64,000 nt of DNA from Obrimoposthia wandeli. Taxonomy: Eukaryota. Location: NCBI GenBank assembly GCA_977020255.1, contig CDROCS010000253.1:1736001-1800000 (forward strand), in the 5' to 3' direction. Below, piece after piece: positions 53,800-63,622 of this stretch. Every line of letters begins with the position of its first letter. Within the stretch, counting starts at the first letter, position 1. The position numbers and the translations under genes are program-made. The notes below the pieces were generated by a model. The model saw only the letters and a list, made by a program, of their open reading frames with translations, ran no database searches and was not told the origin of the DNA.

Positions 53800-54623
53800 T
53801 GGATACTGAAAACATCACAGAAAAAGCTTACTCTGGCTTTATGACTATATGGCATAAAGTGGTAACTTTTTTGCCTGACTTAATTGTCGCTACGATATTT
53901 TTACTGGTTGGTTGGTTAGTTTCATCAATGGTTAAAAGGTTTTTAAATAAATTTTTAATTAAAATTGGCTTTAATACTTTTTTAGATAAACTTGGCTTAG
54001 ATGCCTTACTGAAAAAAATGGAAGTGAACGTTACTGGTAGCCAAGTAGTTGCGAGTATTGTCTCAACATTCTTTCTCTTAATATTCTTATTAGCGGCTTT
54101 AGATATTGTTGGCTTAACGGTGCTTTCAGGGTTAATTGATACCTTAGTACTGTTTCTACCTAAATTACTCGCTTCACTCGCGGTACTACTGTCTGGTTTT
54201 TTTGTTGCTCAAATTGTTTTTAATGGCGTAAAAATAGCGGCTAAAAATACTGGTATTGATTATGGTCGCTCTGTTGCTGAAGTATGTCGCGGTATTATTA
54301 TTGTTATCACTGTTTCATTATCAATAACGCAACTTGATATTGATGTATCTCTATTGAATAACATTATGACCGTAATCATTGCTAGTGTTGGTTTAGCGGC
54401 GGCTATTTCTTTAGGTATTGGTACAAAATCAATGGCACAAGAAATTGTTGCGGGTGTTTATTTACGAGAAATGTACCAAGTAGGCGATAATATTGAAGTA
54501 AAAGATATCAAAGGCACCTTAGCCTCTATTGGTAGCGTGGCGAGTAAAGTAATGGGTGAAGGTGAGTCGATGACTACCGTACCTAATACCTTCTTATTAG
54601 CCAACAAAGTTACTAAGCAATAA
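53799..54623 (+). CDS. cmpX: CmpX-like small mechanosensitive channel protein
   Basis: Two TM_helix repeats (FLPDL, FLPKL); AISLGIGTK..AQEIVAGVYLRE.YQVGD.I. Confidence 0.82.
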   Translation: MDTENITEKAYSGFMTIWHKVVTFLPDLIVATIFLLVGWLVSSMVKRFLNKFLIKIGFNTFLDKLGLDALLKKMEVNVTGSQVVASIVSTFFLLIFLLAALDIVGLTVLSGLIDTLVLFLPKLLASLAVLLSGFFVAQIVFNGVKIAAKNTGIDYGRSVAEVCRGIIIVITVSLSITQLDIDVSLLNNIMTVIIASVGLAAAISLGIGTKSMAQEIVAGVYLREMYQVGDNIEVKDIKGTLASIGSVASKVMGEGESMTTVPNTFLLANKVTKQ

Positions 54624-54640
54624 CTAGGGTTGTTTAACGT

Positions 54641-55174
54641 TTGACTACGCTTAGTGAACGGCAGCTTGTTGCTTTAGTGCAAGAGAATCTGCCTTATGAT
54701 ACGCGTCTTTTCCAGCAATTAATTACACCATACTTACCTATTTTAAAGGGGTATTGTGCAAAGTTACTCAATAACCAATCTGATGCTGAAGATGTTGTAC
54801 AGGAAACCATTATCAAGATACTCACTCACTTGAAGGATTTTAAGTGGGCGGTGTCTTTTAAAGCGTGGCTGTTCAAAATTGCTCACAACGAATGCATTAA
54901 CAAAATAAGAGACCGTCGTTGGGATACCTTAGAACAAAATGATGAATATTTAGAAAATATAATTGCTCCTGAACATACTCATCAAGATTTAGCTACAGCG
55001 TTGTCCGCGTTAATGGTCAATTTATCATTTGAGGATCGTAATATTATGCTACTCCGCTATCGTACTGAGTTAGAGTTTCAGGAAATAGCAGATATTTGTA
55101 ATTTAAAACTTTCTGCGGTTAAAATGCGTCATAAAAGAGTAATAGAGTTCTTAAAAGGGCAGTTAAAGGAATAG
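54641..55174 (+). CDS. sigX: ECF sigma factor, SigX-like
   Basis: DAEDVVQE..IK; SFKAWLFKIAHNECI; LEFQEIADI.NLKLSAVKMR. Confidence 0.8.
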   Translation: MTTLSERQLVALVQENLPYDTRLFQQLITPYLPILKGYCAKLLNNQSDAEDVVQETIIKILTHLKDFKWAVSFKAWLFKIAHNECINKIRDRRWDTLEQNDEYLENIIAPEHTHQDLATALSALMVNLSFEDRNIMLLRYRTELEFQEIADICNLKLSAVKMRHKRVIEFLKGQLKE

Positions 55175-55473
55175 AGTTAACTAGCTAACATCTTCGGTAT
55201 TATTATTTACTACAGGTAAATTTTCATCCAACCTCAACAGCCAATATTGATATTCCACGACAGGCAAGGGCTAATAAAGGTTTTTTAGTTTAAAAATCAG
55301 TAGCTTATGCTTAATGGTAAATTGATTTATAATAATTATATCGAAGTTTTTGTGGATCAAATTAGCTCATTTATATTACATTCTGTTGCAGAATTTAATT
55401 AGATGTATTTATATACTTAACTCTATAATTAAGTCAGTATTGAAGTGTTAATACATATGTATAGGATTGAATA

Positions 55474-56040
55474 ATGAAGAAAAATATTAGTTTAGCCGTT
55501 GCTCTGTTTAGTAGTTTATTTGTTAGTGCTTGTGTGACTGTTCCTCAAGAAATACAAGTGAATAAAAATCAATTGGCCATATCTAGTGTTCGCGATATTC
55601 CAATTTCTTATTCCCAAGGCAGTCTGTTTTCATTAGCGCCTAAATATGTAAAAGAAACATCATTAAAAGCTAATCAAACTCAAGCGATATATAAGCTTTA
55701 TGCGGATGCCATTATTGCTGATCTAAATGGTCACGGTTTTAAAAATACCGATGATGCCAGTAACTCAGCTTTTCATGTTGGTTTTGGTATTGCTTTAGCG
55801 AGTGATTTATCAGATAAAACGATCAATGATAAGTTTGGCATTACGCCTGGTTTACCTAACAATGATGAGTTCAAAAAAGGTAGTTTTTTAATTTACATTG
55901 AAGATGTACTCACTGGAAAAAAAGTATGGCGTGGCGCTGTACAAGGTTTCGCTCATGAAGATAAGAGTGATAGACAAAGAGAACAACGAACAGCAGCAAT
56001 TGTTAGTCGCGTAATGAAGCAGTTTTACGCCACAAATTAG
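55474..56040 (+). CDS. DUF4136-like lipoprotein
   Basis: FVSA-C lipobox; GSFLIYIED...GKKVWRG. Confidence 0.75.
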   Translation: MKKNISLAVALFSSLFVSACVTVPQEIQVNKNQLAISSVRDIPISYSQGSLFSLAPKYVKETSLKANQTQAIYKLYADAIIADLNGHGFKNTDDASNSAFHVGFGIALASDLSDKTINDKFGITPGLPNNDEFKKGSFLIYIEDVLTGKKVWRGAVQGFAHEDKSDRQREQRTAAIVSRVMKQFYATN

Positions 56041-56123
56041 CACATGTTAGTATCAAATTGACACTGATCTAGCAGGGGTTTTCTGTTTTACTTAAGTTGA
56101 ATAGTTAATTTGAGGGATAACAT

Positions 56124-56627
56124 ATGAAACAATCTATTTTAATGGTTACATTATTTACAGCCAGTTTTTTACTTGCACCAAATGCTTTTGCAGCAACCAG
56201 TGAAGTAACCTGGACGGATTATAAAAGTTACCGTGATATTGATTCTGGTACTGACAGTCGTAAACAGTTTAGAGAGCGTATTTTCAAACAGATTGAAAAA
56301 CACTTTGCGAAACTAGCGGCAACATTACCTGGCGAACAGGTTCTTAAAATTGATGTTACTGATGTCGATTTAGCAGGTGATACTAATATTGGAGGCATTA
56401 ACCGTACACGTATAGTTAAGCATATGTATTCGCCCCGCATGAATTTTTCATATTACCTCAGTGATGCAGACGCCAAGGTGATTAAATCAGATGAAGTGGT
56501 GCTAAAAGATATGAATTTTATGTCGGGTAGCAACGTCAAGTATCGCCATGAGTCATTAGGCTATGAGAAGAAAATGCTCGACGATTGGTTTAAAGCAACC
56601 TTTGATAAATTGATTGTTAGTAAATAA
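56124..56627 (+). CDS. DUF3016-like periplasmic protein
   Basis: Signal peptide; V.W.D...YRDI; DVDLAGD; PRMNFSY; YEKKMLDDWF. Confidence 0.8.
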   Translation: MKQSILMVTLFTASFLLAPNAFAATSEVTWTDYKSYRDIDSGTDSRKQFRERIFKQIEKHFAKLAATLPGEQVLKIDVTDVDLAGDTNIGGINRTRIVKHMYSPRMNFSYYLSDADAKVIKSDEVVLKDMNFMSGSNVKYRHESLGYEKKMLDDWFKATFDKLIVSK

Positions 56628-56660
56628 ATGTTACTAGGTAAACATAATTAGATATCCTAT

Positions 56661-56686
56661 AAAAAGTCACTTCGGTGGCTTTTTTT
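56661..56686 (+). terminator. Terminator after the DUF3016 gene
   Basis: AAAAAGTCAC-TTCG-GTGGCTTTTTTT. Confidence 0.85.
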
Positions 56687-56770
56687 ATTCTTGCCAATTG
56701 TATTTTAACAAAGATAATTAAGTTATTATCTTTGTTAAAATACTTTATGTTATCGCAAGGAAAAGGCTCA

Positions 56771-58435
56771 ATGAAGCTCGCCCAACATGCTACTTTTTTT
56801 ATCCGTTCTTCTGTGATTTTTACCCTTATCTTATTTCTATTACTTAATAGTCAAAGTGCATTTAGTGCACAACCACCTAACAGTGGCGATGATGTATCTA
56901 TTAAAAAGATGCTCGACAGTAAAGAAAGATCAGATAAAAATCTAGAAAAGCCTACTTCTTCTGATGGGTATAATGTTCCTAAAGATGACTTTGAACGAGG
57001 ACAGCCTCGTAGTGCAATTGCGGGCTACTTAAGTGCTATGCGTTCAGGAGATCTAACATTAGCGACCAATTACTTAGATTATCGTAACCTTTCAGCAAAA
57101 ACGCTCAGTGTTGGTAAAGAGGAATTGGCTAGACAATTAGGCGTGGTATTGAATCGTACTCTTTGGGTTGATCTTAATAGTATTAGTTCACTACAAGAGG
57201 GACGGAAAAATGATAATTTACCTTCTTATAGAGAGTTGGTCGGGCAGGTTGATTATGAAGGTAATGACGTCGATATATTATTACAGCGTGTTCCTCGCGC
57301 GCAAGATAAAGTTAAAATATGGAAAATATCAAATGCCACAGTAGAGAAAATTCCGCGTTTATTTAAACGCTATTCATATTCTCCATTGGGGGAGCTCTTA
57401 GCTCAAAAGTTACCTGCGGTAGACTTGTTCGGTGTCATGCTTTGGCAATGGATATATTTCATCTTGATGCTGGTGTTGTATTATCTTATTGCAAAAGTAC
57501 TTACCTGGGTGGTAGCTTTTGCTATAAAACACGTTTACAAAAAAGTCTCAAATGAAGTATTAAGATTTATTAAAGAGCCTTTTGCGTTATTAATCGCAGT
57601 GATTTTTGCGCGTAATTTTCATGATGAAGCCAATGTTACTATTGCGCTTAAGGCTGTGACAGAGGGAAGTACGCTACTGATCATCGCTTGGTGTTGGGTA
57701 TCTTTCCGCTTTATTGATTTAATGAAAGCACTCTTAGCAGAGAAGTTTATCGCTCAAGATAAACCTTTAGCCGTGTATTTGCTTAGACCAGCAGGCACAG
57801 TGATAAAGCTCATCCTTTTTAGTATTGCCGCATTAAACTGGTTGGAAAACCTTGGTTTTAATGCCTCTACCTTATTAGCAGGTCTAGGTATCGGTGGTTT
57901 AGCCATTGCTTTAGCTGCACAAAAAACAGTAGAAAACATTATTGGTGCTATCACCTTATACACATCAGCCCCTATTAAAATTGGTAACTTTTGTCGGTTT
58001 GGTAACAGTTTAGGTGTGGTAGAGGAAATTGGATTACGCGCTACACGTATTCGTACGTTAGATAGAAGTGTTATTTATGTCGCTAATGCGAAATTTATTG
58101 ATATGAATATAGAGAACTATTCAGAACGTGAAAAAATTGCCTTTAAGCCTAAGATTTTCTTAGCGCCAAATACGCCTAAAGAAAATATTGATGCATTATT
58201 AGTGGCAATTAGGGCAATGCTTAGTTCAACCGATAGCCTTGCTACAGCACCGCTACGTAGCCATTTTAAAGCGTATACTATCTATGGTTTAGAGTTGGAC
58301 GTTTTTGCTTATGTTAATACGACAGATTTCGATGTGTTTTTAGATGAAATCAATCAACTCAATCTGAATATTTTGGCTTTACTCAACGAGCATGATTGTA
58401 AAGTACAAGTGATCACAGAAAGAGTTGTCGAATAA
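56771..58435 (+). CDS. MscS-family mechanosensitive channel with large periplasmic domain
   Basis: LLAGLGIGGLAIALAAQKTVEN; GVVEEIGLRATRIRTLDR; start placed after the terminator. Confidence 0.9.
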   Translation: MKLAQHATFFIRSSVIFTLILFLLLNSQSAFSAQPPNSGDDVSIKKMLDSKERSDKNLEKPTSSDGYNVPKDDFERGQPRSAIAGYLSAMRSGDLTLATNYLDYRNLSAKTLSVGKEELARQLGVVLNRTLWVDLNSISSLQEGRKNDNLPSYRELVGQVDYEGNDVDILLQRVPRAQDKVKIWKISNATVEKIPRLFKRYSYSPLGELLAQKLPAVDLFGVMLWQWIYFILMLVLYYLIAKVLTWVVAFAIKHVYKKVSNEVLRFIKEPFALLIAVIFARNFHDEANVTIALKAVTEGSTLLIIAWCWVSFRFIDLMKALLAEKFIAQDKPLAVYLLRPAGTVIKLILFSIAALNWLENLGFNASTLLAGLGIGGLAIALAAQKTVENIIGAITLYTSAPIKIGNFCRFGNSLGVVEEIGLRATRIRTLDRSVIYVANAKFIDMNIENYSEREKIAFKPKIFLAPNTPKENIDALLVAIRAMLSSTDSLATAPLRSHFKAYTIYGLELDVFAYVNTTDFDVFLDEINQLNLNILALLNEHDCKVQVITERVVE

Positions 58436-58480
58436 CTTAGCGGGTAGTTTGAGCCGCTAAATAAGTTGAGCAATGTTATT

Positions 58481-58497
58481 ATACCAAACGGATTAAT
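58481..58497. repeat. Solo ATACC arm overlapping a stop codon
   Basis: ATACCAAACGGATTAAT identical to 11610-11626; contains the TAA of the 58493 gene. Confidence 0.65.
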
Positions 58498-58795
58498 TAT
58501 AACTTTGCTCAAAGTTAGCTAATACAGTAAATAGCTGCTCAATCTTTTTAACTAACGTAATTAGCAGTGCTTGCTCTTTACTTGCTTGCCATTGCAAAAG
58601 GTCATCAGCAACTTCTTCAACGTAGGGTTGAAAAGTGTCTGCAGAGCTATTAAATACCGAATCAGTGGTAAAAATAGCTTTAAAACTCGCTTTTTTATTT
58701 TCACGTAAATCGGCTAAGGTCGCATCAGCCGTTAATGATTTCTTTAAAATAACTGAAATATTTTCAATAAGTTGTTGTTCGATAGCTTTAGTCAT
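58493..58795 (-). CDS. Hypothetical helical protein (100 aa)
   Basis: Clean ORF with plausible codon usage; no recognisable catalytic motif. Confidence 0.7.
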   Translation of the reverse strand: MTKAIEQQLIENISVILKKSLTADATLADLRENKKASFKAIFTTDSVFNSSADTFQPYVEEVADDLLQWQASKEQALLITLVKKIEQLFTVLANFEQSYN

Positions 58796-58824
58796 AACAT
58801 TTCTTACTTTGAGGTGAGGACTTT

Positions 58825-58883
58825 ATACCCGTCTACTAAATGTAATTTCGTTGAGTGGAAAATTCACTTAATAGACTTAGTAT
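58825..58883. repeat. Degenerate ATAC-ended inverted-repeat element
   Basis: ATACCCGTCTACTAA ... TTAATAGACTTAGTAT. Confidence 0.45.
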
Positions 58884-58895
58884 TCATTTGGACAA

Positions 58896-59936
58896 TTATG
58901 CCAGATTGATAGGCGTTTTGTTAGCTTGTCCGGCAATTTCCTGCACCAATTTAGGCATTAAAAATCCCGGTAAGCTAGCGAGCATAGTTTTAACAATAAC
59001 TACCGCATCTGCTTCAGTAACATCAAAGTGAGCAGCGCCTTGTACTGCATCAAAAAGGTGTAAATAATACGGCTGAATGCCAGCATCAAATAATGCTTCA
59101 CTTAAGTTAATTAATACTTGTGCGTCATCATTTATTCCAGCTAAAAGTACACTTTGATTAAAGAGTGGTATACGTGCTTCACGAAGCGGTTCTAGTGCGT
59201 CGATTAACTCTTGATTAATTTCATTGGGATGATTGATGTGTAATACCATAGTGGCTTTTAAACGAGAGTGCTTTAAAAGTGTCACCAATTTTTTTGTGAT
59301 CCTCTTGGGTATCACCACGGGCAAACGACTATGAATACGTAAACGTGAAACATGGGGGATTTTTTCTATTTGATCAATCAACCAGGACAAATGATCGTCA
59401 TTAGCCATTAAGGGATCACCACCACTAAAAATAACCTCACTGATCTCATCATGAGCAGCAATATAGTCAAGAGCACTTTGCCAGCGCTTTTTATTAGGGC
59501 TATTATCTTGATAAGGGAAATGGCGGCGAAAGCAATAGCGACAGTTAATAGCACAGGCAGATTTTACTATCATTAATACGCGGTTTTTGTATTTATGCAA
59601 TAAGCCTTCAGCAACGGTATCGTGTTCGTTTAATGGATCAGCAGAGTAACCATCGGTGAGTGAAAACTCGTTCGATAACGGCATGACTTGTTTAAGTAGC
59701 GGATCGTCAAAGTCACCTTTTTTCATACGCTTAATAAAGGAAATAGGCACACGCACGGGAAATAATTTACGCGCTTTAAAATGCTGTAAATAATCATCAG
59801 GGTTAATATTTAGCAGTGTTAACAGTTTTTCTGGCTCTGTCACCACATCACGTAAGTCTTTTTGCCATGATTTTTCATCACAAAGATGCAAATCGTGATC
59901 AATTTGGGTTATTATCTGCGGCAATTCTAATTTCAA
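58896..59936 (-). CDS. epmB: EF-P beta-lysylation radical SAM protein
   Basis: CAINCRYCFRR; SGGDPL; divergent from efp. Confidence 0.95.
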   Translation of the reverse strand: MKLELPQIITQIDHDLHLCDEKSWQKDLRDVVTEPEKLLTLLNINPDDYLQHFKARKLFPVRVPISFIKRMKKGDFDDPLLKQVMPLSNEFSLTDGYSADPLNEHDTVAEGLLHKYKNRVLMIVKSACAINCRYCFRRHFPYQDNSPNKKRWQSALDYIAAHDEISEVIFSGGDPLMANDDHLSWLIDQIEKIPHVSRLRIHSRLPVVIPKRITKKLVTLLKHSRLKATMVLHINHPNEINQELIDALEPLREARIPLFNQSVLLAGINDDAQVLINLSEALFDAGIQPYYLHLFDAVQGAAHFDVTEADAVVIVKTMLASLPGFLMPKLVQEIAGQANKTPINLA

Positions 59937-60033
59937 TTGAACATCTCTTGCTAGCTACTTCGACCATTATAACGGTTATAGGTTAGTGAAGATCAAATAA
60001 ATAACTCAGTAATTAATAAAGAGCACTCTTACT

Positions 60034-60609
60034 ATGGCTAATTTCAGTACCAACCAGTTCAAAGCTGGACTTAAAATCATGCTTGATGGCGAACCTTGTA
60101 ATATTCTTGAAAATGAATTGGTAAAACCAGGTAAAGGTCAAGCCTTTAGCCGTGTTAAAATTCGTAAACTTGTTTCAGGTAAAGTATTAGAAAAAACCTT
60201 TAAATCAGGAGAAACTGTTGAAGGTGCTGACGTAATGGAAGTTGAACTTGCTTATTTATACGCTGATGGTGAATTCTGGCACTTTATGAACAACGAGACA
60301 TTCGAGCAAATTGGCGCAGAAGAAAAAGCGCTAGGCGAGACGGTTAAGTGGTTAGTTGAAGGTGATATTTGTACTATTACTTTATGGAATGGTACGCCAA
60401 TTACCGTAACGCCAGCAAACTTTGTTGACATTGATATCACAGAAACAGACCCTGGCTTAAAAGGTGATACAGCAGGCACGGGTGGGAAACCAGCAACATT
60501 AGCCACCGGCGCCGTTGTACGTGTACCTTTATTTGTTCAAATCGGTGAAAAAGTTCGTATTGATACACGCTCAGGTGAATATGTTTCACGAGCAACAAAA
60601 GCACTATAA
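60034..60609 (+). CDS. efp: Elongation factor P
   Basis: VKPGKGQAF (Lys34 loop); PGLKGDTA. Confidence 0.98.
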   Translation: MANFSTNQFKAGLKIMLDGEPCNILENELVKPGKGQAFSRVKIRKLVSGKVLEKTFKSGETVEGADVMEVELAYLYADGEFWHFMNNETFEQIGAEEKALGETVKWLVEGDICTITLWNGTPITVTPANFVDIDITETDPGLKGDTAGTGGKPATLATGAVVRVPLFVQIGEKVRIDTRSGEYVSRATKAL

Positions 60610-60649
60610 TTTATCTAGCTAAAGCCAATAGTGTTATTAGTTAATAAAG

Positions 60650-60687
60650 AAACCCAGCAAGCAGCATCACTGTTTACTGGGTTTTTT
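60650..60687 (+). terminator. efp terminator
   Basis: AAACCCAG...CTGGGTTTTTT. Confidence 0.8.
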
Positions 60688-60848
60688 ATTGCTTAGTAAA
60701 TAATAATACTGTTTAGCCACACAAATAACTAACAAATTTGTCAGTGAGTTAATCGAGTTTACAGTACAGCTATCTATACATAAGATAGTCGCTAAGGTAT
60801 ATTCTTTAGTAAGTTTTATTCTTGTTATTTTATTTTTGAGTAGGTCAC

Positions 60849-61871
60849 GTGAAAGAAAAATCCACATCATTTGATATCGCATATAAAGCAGGGGTGTCTC
60901 AATCTACTGTCTCAAGAGCTTTGCGAAATAGTCCATTAGTGAATGAGGCAACACGAGAAAAAATTCAAGCGATTGCCAAAGAGCTAAATTACAAGGTTGA
61001 TAAAAATGCCAGTAATTTACGCTCACAGCAAAGTGATACGCTTGCTTTGTTGTTATTTGAAGACCCTACCAATGATAATTCAGCAATAAATCCTTTCTTC
61101 TTATCGATGTTGGGTAGTATCACTCGGGCTTGTTCACAAAAAGGTTATGATCTATTAGTGTCTTTTCAACAAGCAAGTGATGACTGGCATGCTGATTTTG
61201 AAGATAGCAATAAAGCCGATGGTTTAATTTTATTAGGTTATGGCGACTATGTTGACTACGAAGAAAAGTTAGTTAAATTGCTAGATCAGGGGACTCATTT
61301 TGTTCGCTGGGGAGCTGAAGTTAAAAATTTACCTCTCATCTCGGTAGGTTGCGATAACTATCAAGGCGGCAAAGAAATGACAGAGCATCTCATTAATAAA
61401 GGACGTAAAAAAATTGCCTTTTTAGGTAGTGCCTCCACTCATGCCCCTGAGTTTTTTGACCGTTATAAAGGTCATTGCCAGTCTTTAGCCGACAATAACA
61501 TAACAGTAAACCCACTCTTGCAGTTTAATGCCCTTTACACCGAAGAAGCTGGCTATCAGGCCGCATGCCAATTAATCTCAAGTGGTGAACCCTTCGATGC
61601 TATTTGTGCCGCGTGTGATCTTATTGCCATTGGCGCCATGCGCGCATTACAAGAACATAATATCGACATTCCTGAGCAAGTTGCTCTGGTGGGCTTTGAT
61701 GATATCGCTATTGCTAGTTTTACTTTTCCCGCGTTAACAACAGTGAAGCAAGATACCCAATTGGCAGGTGAGTTATTAGTCAATACATTACTGACTATGA
61801 TAAATGGTGAGGAAGCAAAAACTACTTTGATCCCGCCTGAATTAGTTATTCGTAAATCTTGTGGCAGTTAA
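60849..61871 (+). CDS. LacI-family transcriptional regulator
   Basis: DIAYKAGVSQSTVSRAL; GFDDI; LTTVKQD. Confidence 0.95.
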   Translation: MKEKSTSFDIAYKAGVSQSTVSRALRNSPLVNEATREKIQAIAKELNYKVDKNASNLRSQQSDTLALLLFEDPTNDNSAINPFFLSMLGSITRACSQKGYDLLVSFQQASDDWHADFEDSNKADGLILLGYGDYVDYEEKLVKLLDQGTHFVRWGAEVKNLPLISVGCDNYQGGKEMTEHLINKGRKKIAFLGSASTHAPEFFDRYKGHCQSLADNNITVNPLLQFNALYTEEAGYQAACQLISSGEPFDAICAACDLIAIGAMRALQEHNIDIPEQVALVGFDDIAIASFTFPALTTVKQDTQLAGELLVNTLLTMINGEEAKTTLIPPELVIRKSCGS

Positions 61872-61928
61872 GACCTAATCGCAAGTTAGGTAAGTAGTGA
61901 GTGACTAATAAAAAAGATAAATTTTATT

Positions 61929-61956
61929 GTCACCTTTAACGTTAATTAAAGGTGAC
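61929..61956. terminator. Stem-loop between convergent lacI and MFS genes
   Basis: GTCACCTTTAA-N6-TTAAAGGTGAC. Confidence 0.65.
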
Positions 61957-61985
61957 GTAGACACTGCTCATGGAACTATTTAGTT

Positions 61986-63476
61986 TTACACCGTTACTTT
62001 TTCAATCACTATTGCTTGTTCGCTATCTTCTTTAACAAAGTACACCGAAATTGCTCCTAATAACATTGAAATACCTGCCAGCATAATAATATAGATGGCT
62101 TGGTTATCGAACACAGCCGTTAAAATCCAACCGGCAAAAATTCCAGAAACTATCTGCGGAGCTGCAATGGTGAAATTAAATATTCCCATATAAACGCCTG
62201 TTTGCTTCACGGGTAATGAGCCGGCCAAAATAGCGTAGGGCATTGCTAATATTGCTGCCCAAGCGATGCCAACCCCAATCATAGGTAAAAATAACGACAC
62301 GGCTCCTTGAGGCACTGAAATTTGGGTAATACCTAAATTAACCAGCGTTAACTCAGGGTTATGTACCAACATGATACTTAAATAGCCGATACCGCCAGCA
62401 AGTAAAGAAAGTGAGTAAGTTAATTTACGGCCAATTTTATTGGCTACTTTCGCCATGAAAATGGAAGCAATAGCGGCAAATAATGAATACGCAGCAAAGA
62501 TTATGCCCACCCAGTCACCAGCGGTGCCTTTAGCTTTAGCAATATGCTCTGGTATGGTGCCTACTGACTCTAGATACGTTGGATCAAACCATTTTGCATC
62601 AATGCCCCAGATATGCTGTGCAATAGCTGGCATGGTGTAAACCCACATAATAAAGAGTGCAAACCAAGAGAAGAACTGCACTAGCGCAAGTTGCTTCATC
62701 GTGGTCGGCATAGTTTTTACTAGCGAGAAAAACTCAACTAATTTCTCGCTAAGGGATTGTGATGCTCTTTGCTCTTCTAACTCAGCTAAACCATTAGTGC
62801 CTGGTTGATACTCCTTAGTACGTAGTACTGTCCATAACACCGAGCCAAGCATTACCGTTGCGCCAATATAAAAAGCCCAAATTACTGAGGGGGCAACTTG
62901 ACCTGTGCTAGCAGTGTTTTCTAAGCCAATGACGTTGGTTAAAACAAACGGTAAAATTGATCCAAAAACAGCACCAATATTAATTAAAAAAGATTGAATA
63001 GAGTAACCGACGTTTCGTTGCTCAGCAGGCACCATGTCAGACACTAACGCACGAAATGGTTGGAAAGCTAAGTTAAAAGAAGCGTCCATTAACGCCAACA
63101 TCATAGCGCCAAAAAAGAGTGGCGTGATAAAACTTGCTAACGTTGCTGAGTTTGGCATTAATAACATACCAATGGCTGCTGCAATACCACCCGCTAAAAT
63201 ATAGGGATTACGACGGCCTAAGCGATTCCACGTTTTATCTGAGGCAGAGCCAACAATGGGTTGAATAATTAAGCCCATGATTGGGGCAACTAGCCAAAAG
63301 AGTGATAAAGAGTGTAAGTCAGCGCCTAAATCAGAGAGTATTCTACTGGCATTAGCGTTTTGTAAAGCAAAACCAAACTGTACGCCCAGAAAACCAAAGC
63401 TAACATTCCAAATTTGCCAAAAACTCAAGCGTGGTTTATGTTGATTTTGTTGATTTTGATTACTCGTATCACTCAT
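61986..63476 (-). CDS. GPH/SLC45-like MFS sugar (maltose/sucrose-type) transporter
   Basis: FLGVQFGFALQ; QPIVGSASDKTW.RLGRRNPY; MGIFNFTIAAPQI. Confidence 0.9.
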   Translation of the reverse strand: MSDTSNQNQQNQHKPRLSFWQIWNVSFGFLGVQFGFALQNANASRILSDLGADLHSLSLFWLVAPIMGLIIQPIVGSASDKTWNRLGRRNPYILAGGIAAAIGMLLMPNSATLASFITPLFFGAMMLALMDASFNLAFQPFRALVSDMVPAEQRNVGYSIQSFLINIGAVFGSILPFVLTNVIGLENTASTGQVAPSVIWAFYIGATVMLGSVLWTVLRTKEYQPGTNGLAELEEQRASQSLSEKLVEFFSLVKTMPTTMKQLALVQFFSWFALFIMWVYTMPAIAQHIWGIDAKWFDPTYLESVGTIPEHIAKAKGTAGDWVGIIFAAYSLFAAIASIFMAKVANKIGRKLTYSLSLLAGGIGYLSIMLVHNPELTLVNLGITQISVPQGAVSLFLPMIGVGIAWAAILAMPYAILAGSLPVKQTGVYMGIFNFTIAAPQIVSGIFAGWILTAVFDNQAIYIIMLAGISMLLGAISVYFVKEDSEQAIVIEKVTV

Positions 63477-63585
63477 CTCAGGGCACTCTTATTGTTAGGT
63501 GTTGTGGTGCTTGCTTTTATAAAAAGCACATTATCATTGTAGATAAATTTTAATATACGCATTTTAGCGAATAACCACTAGATGT

Positions 63586-63599
63586 TACATACGTATTCA
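63586..63599. promoter_or_regulatory. LacI-type operator upstream of the MFS gene
   Basis: TACATACGTATTCA with central-CG dyad ATACGTAT; weaker ATACGCAT near 63555. Confidence 0.65.
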
Positions 63600-63622
63600 G
63601 AGTACTGTTTATACCATTCGCA

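Noticed and set aside
58493-58795. Naming the 100-aa protein PriC or prephenate dehydrogenase
   Set aside because: No Rossmann motif and too short; resemblance not verifiable by eye.
60770-60788. CTATCT-N7-AGATAG dyad before the LacI gene as its operator
   Set aside because: Lacks the central CG of LacI operators and differs from the 63586 site.
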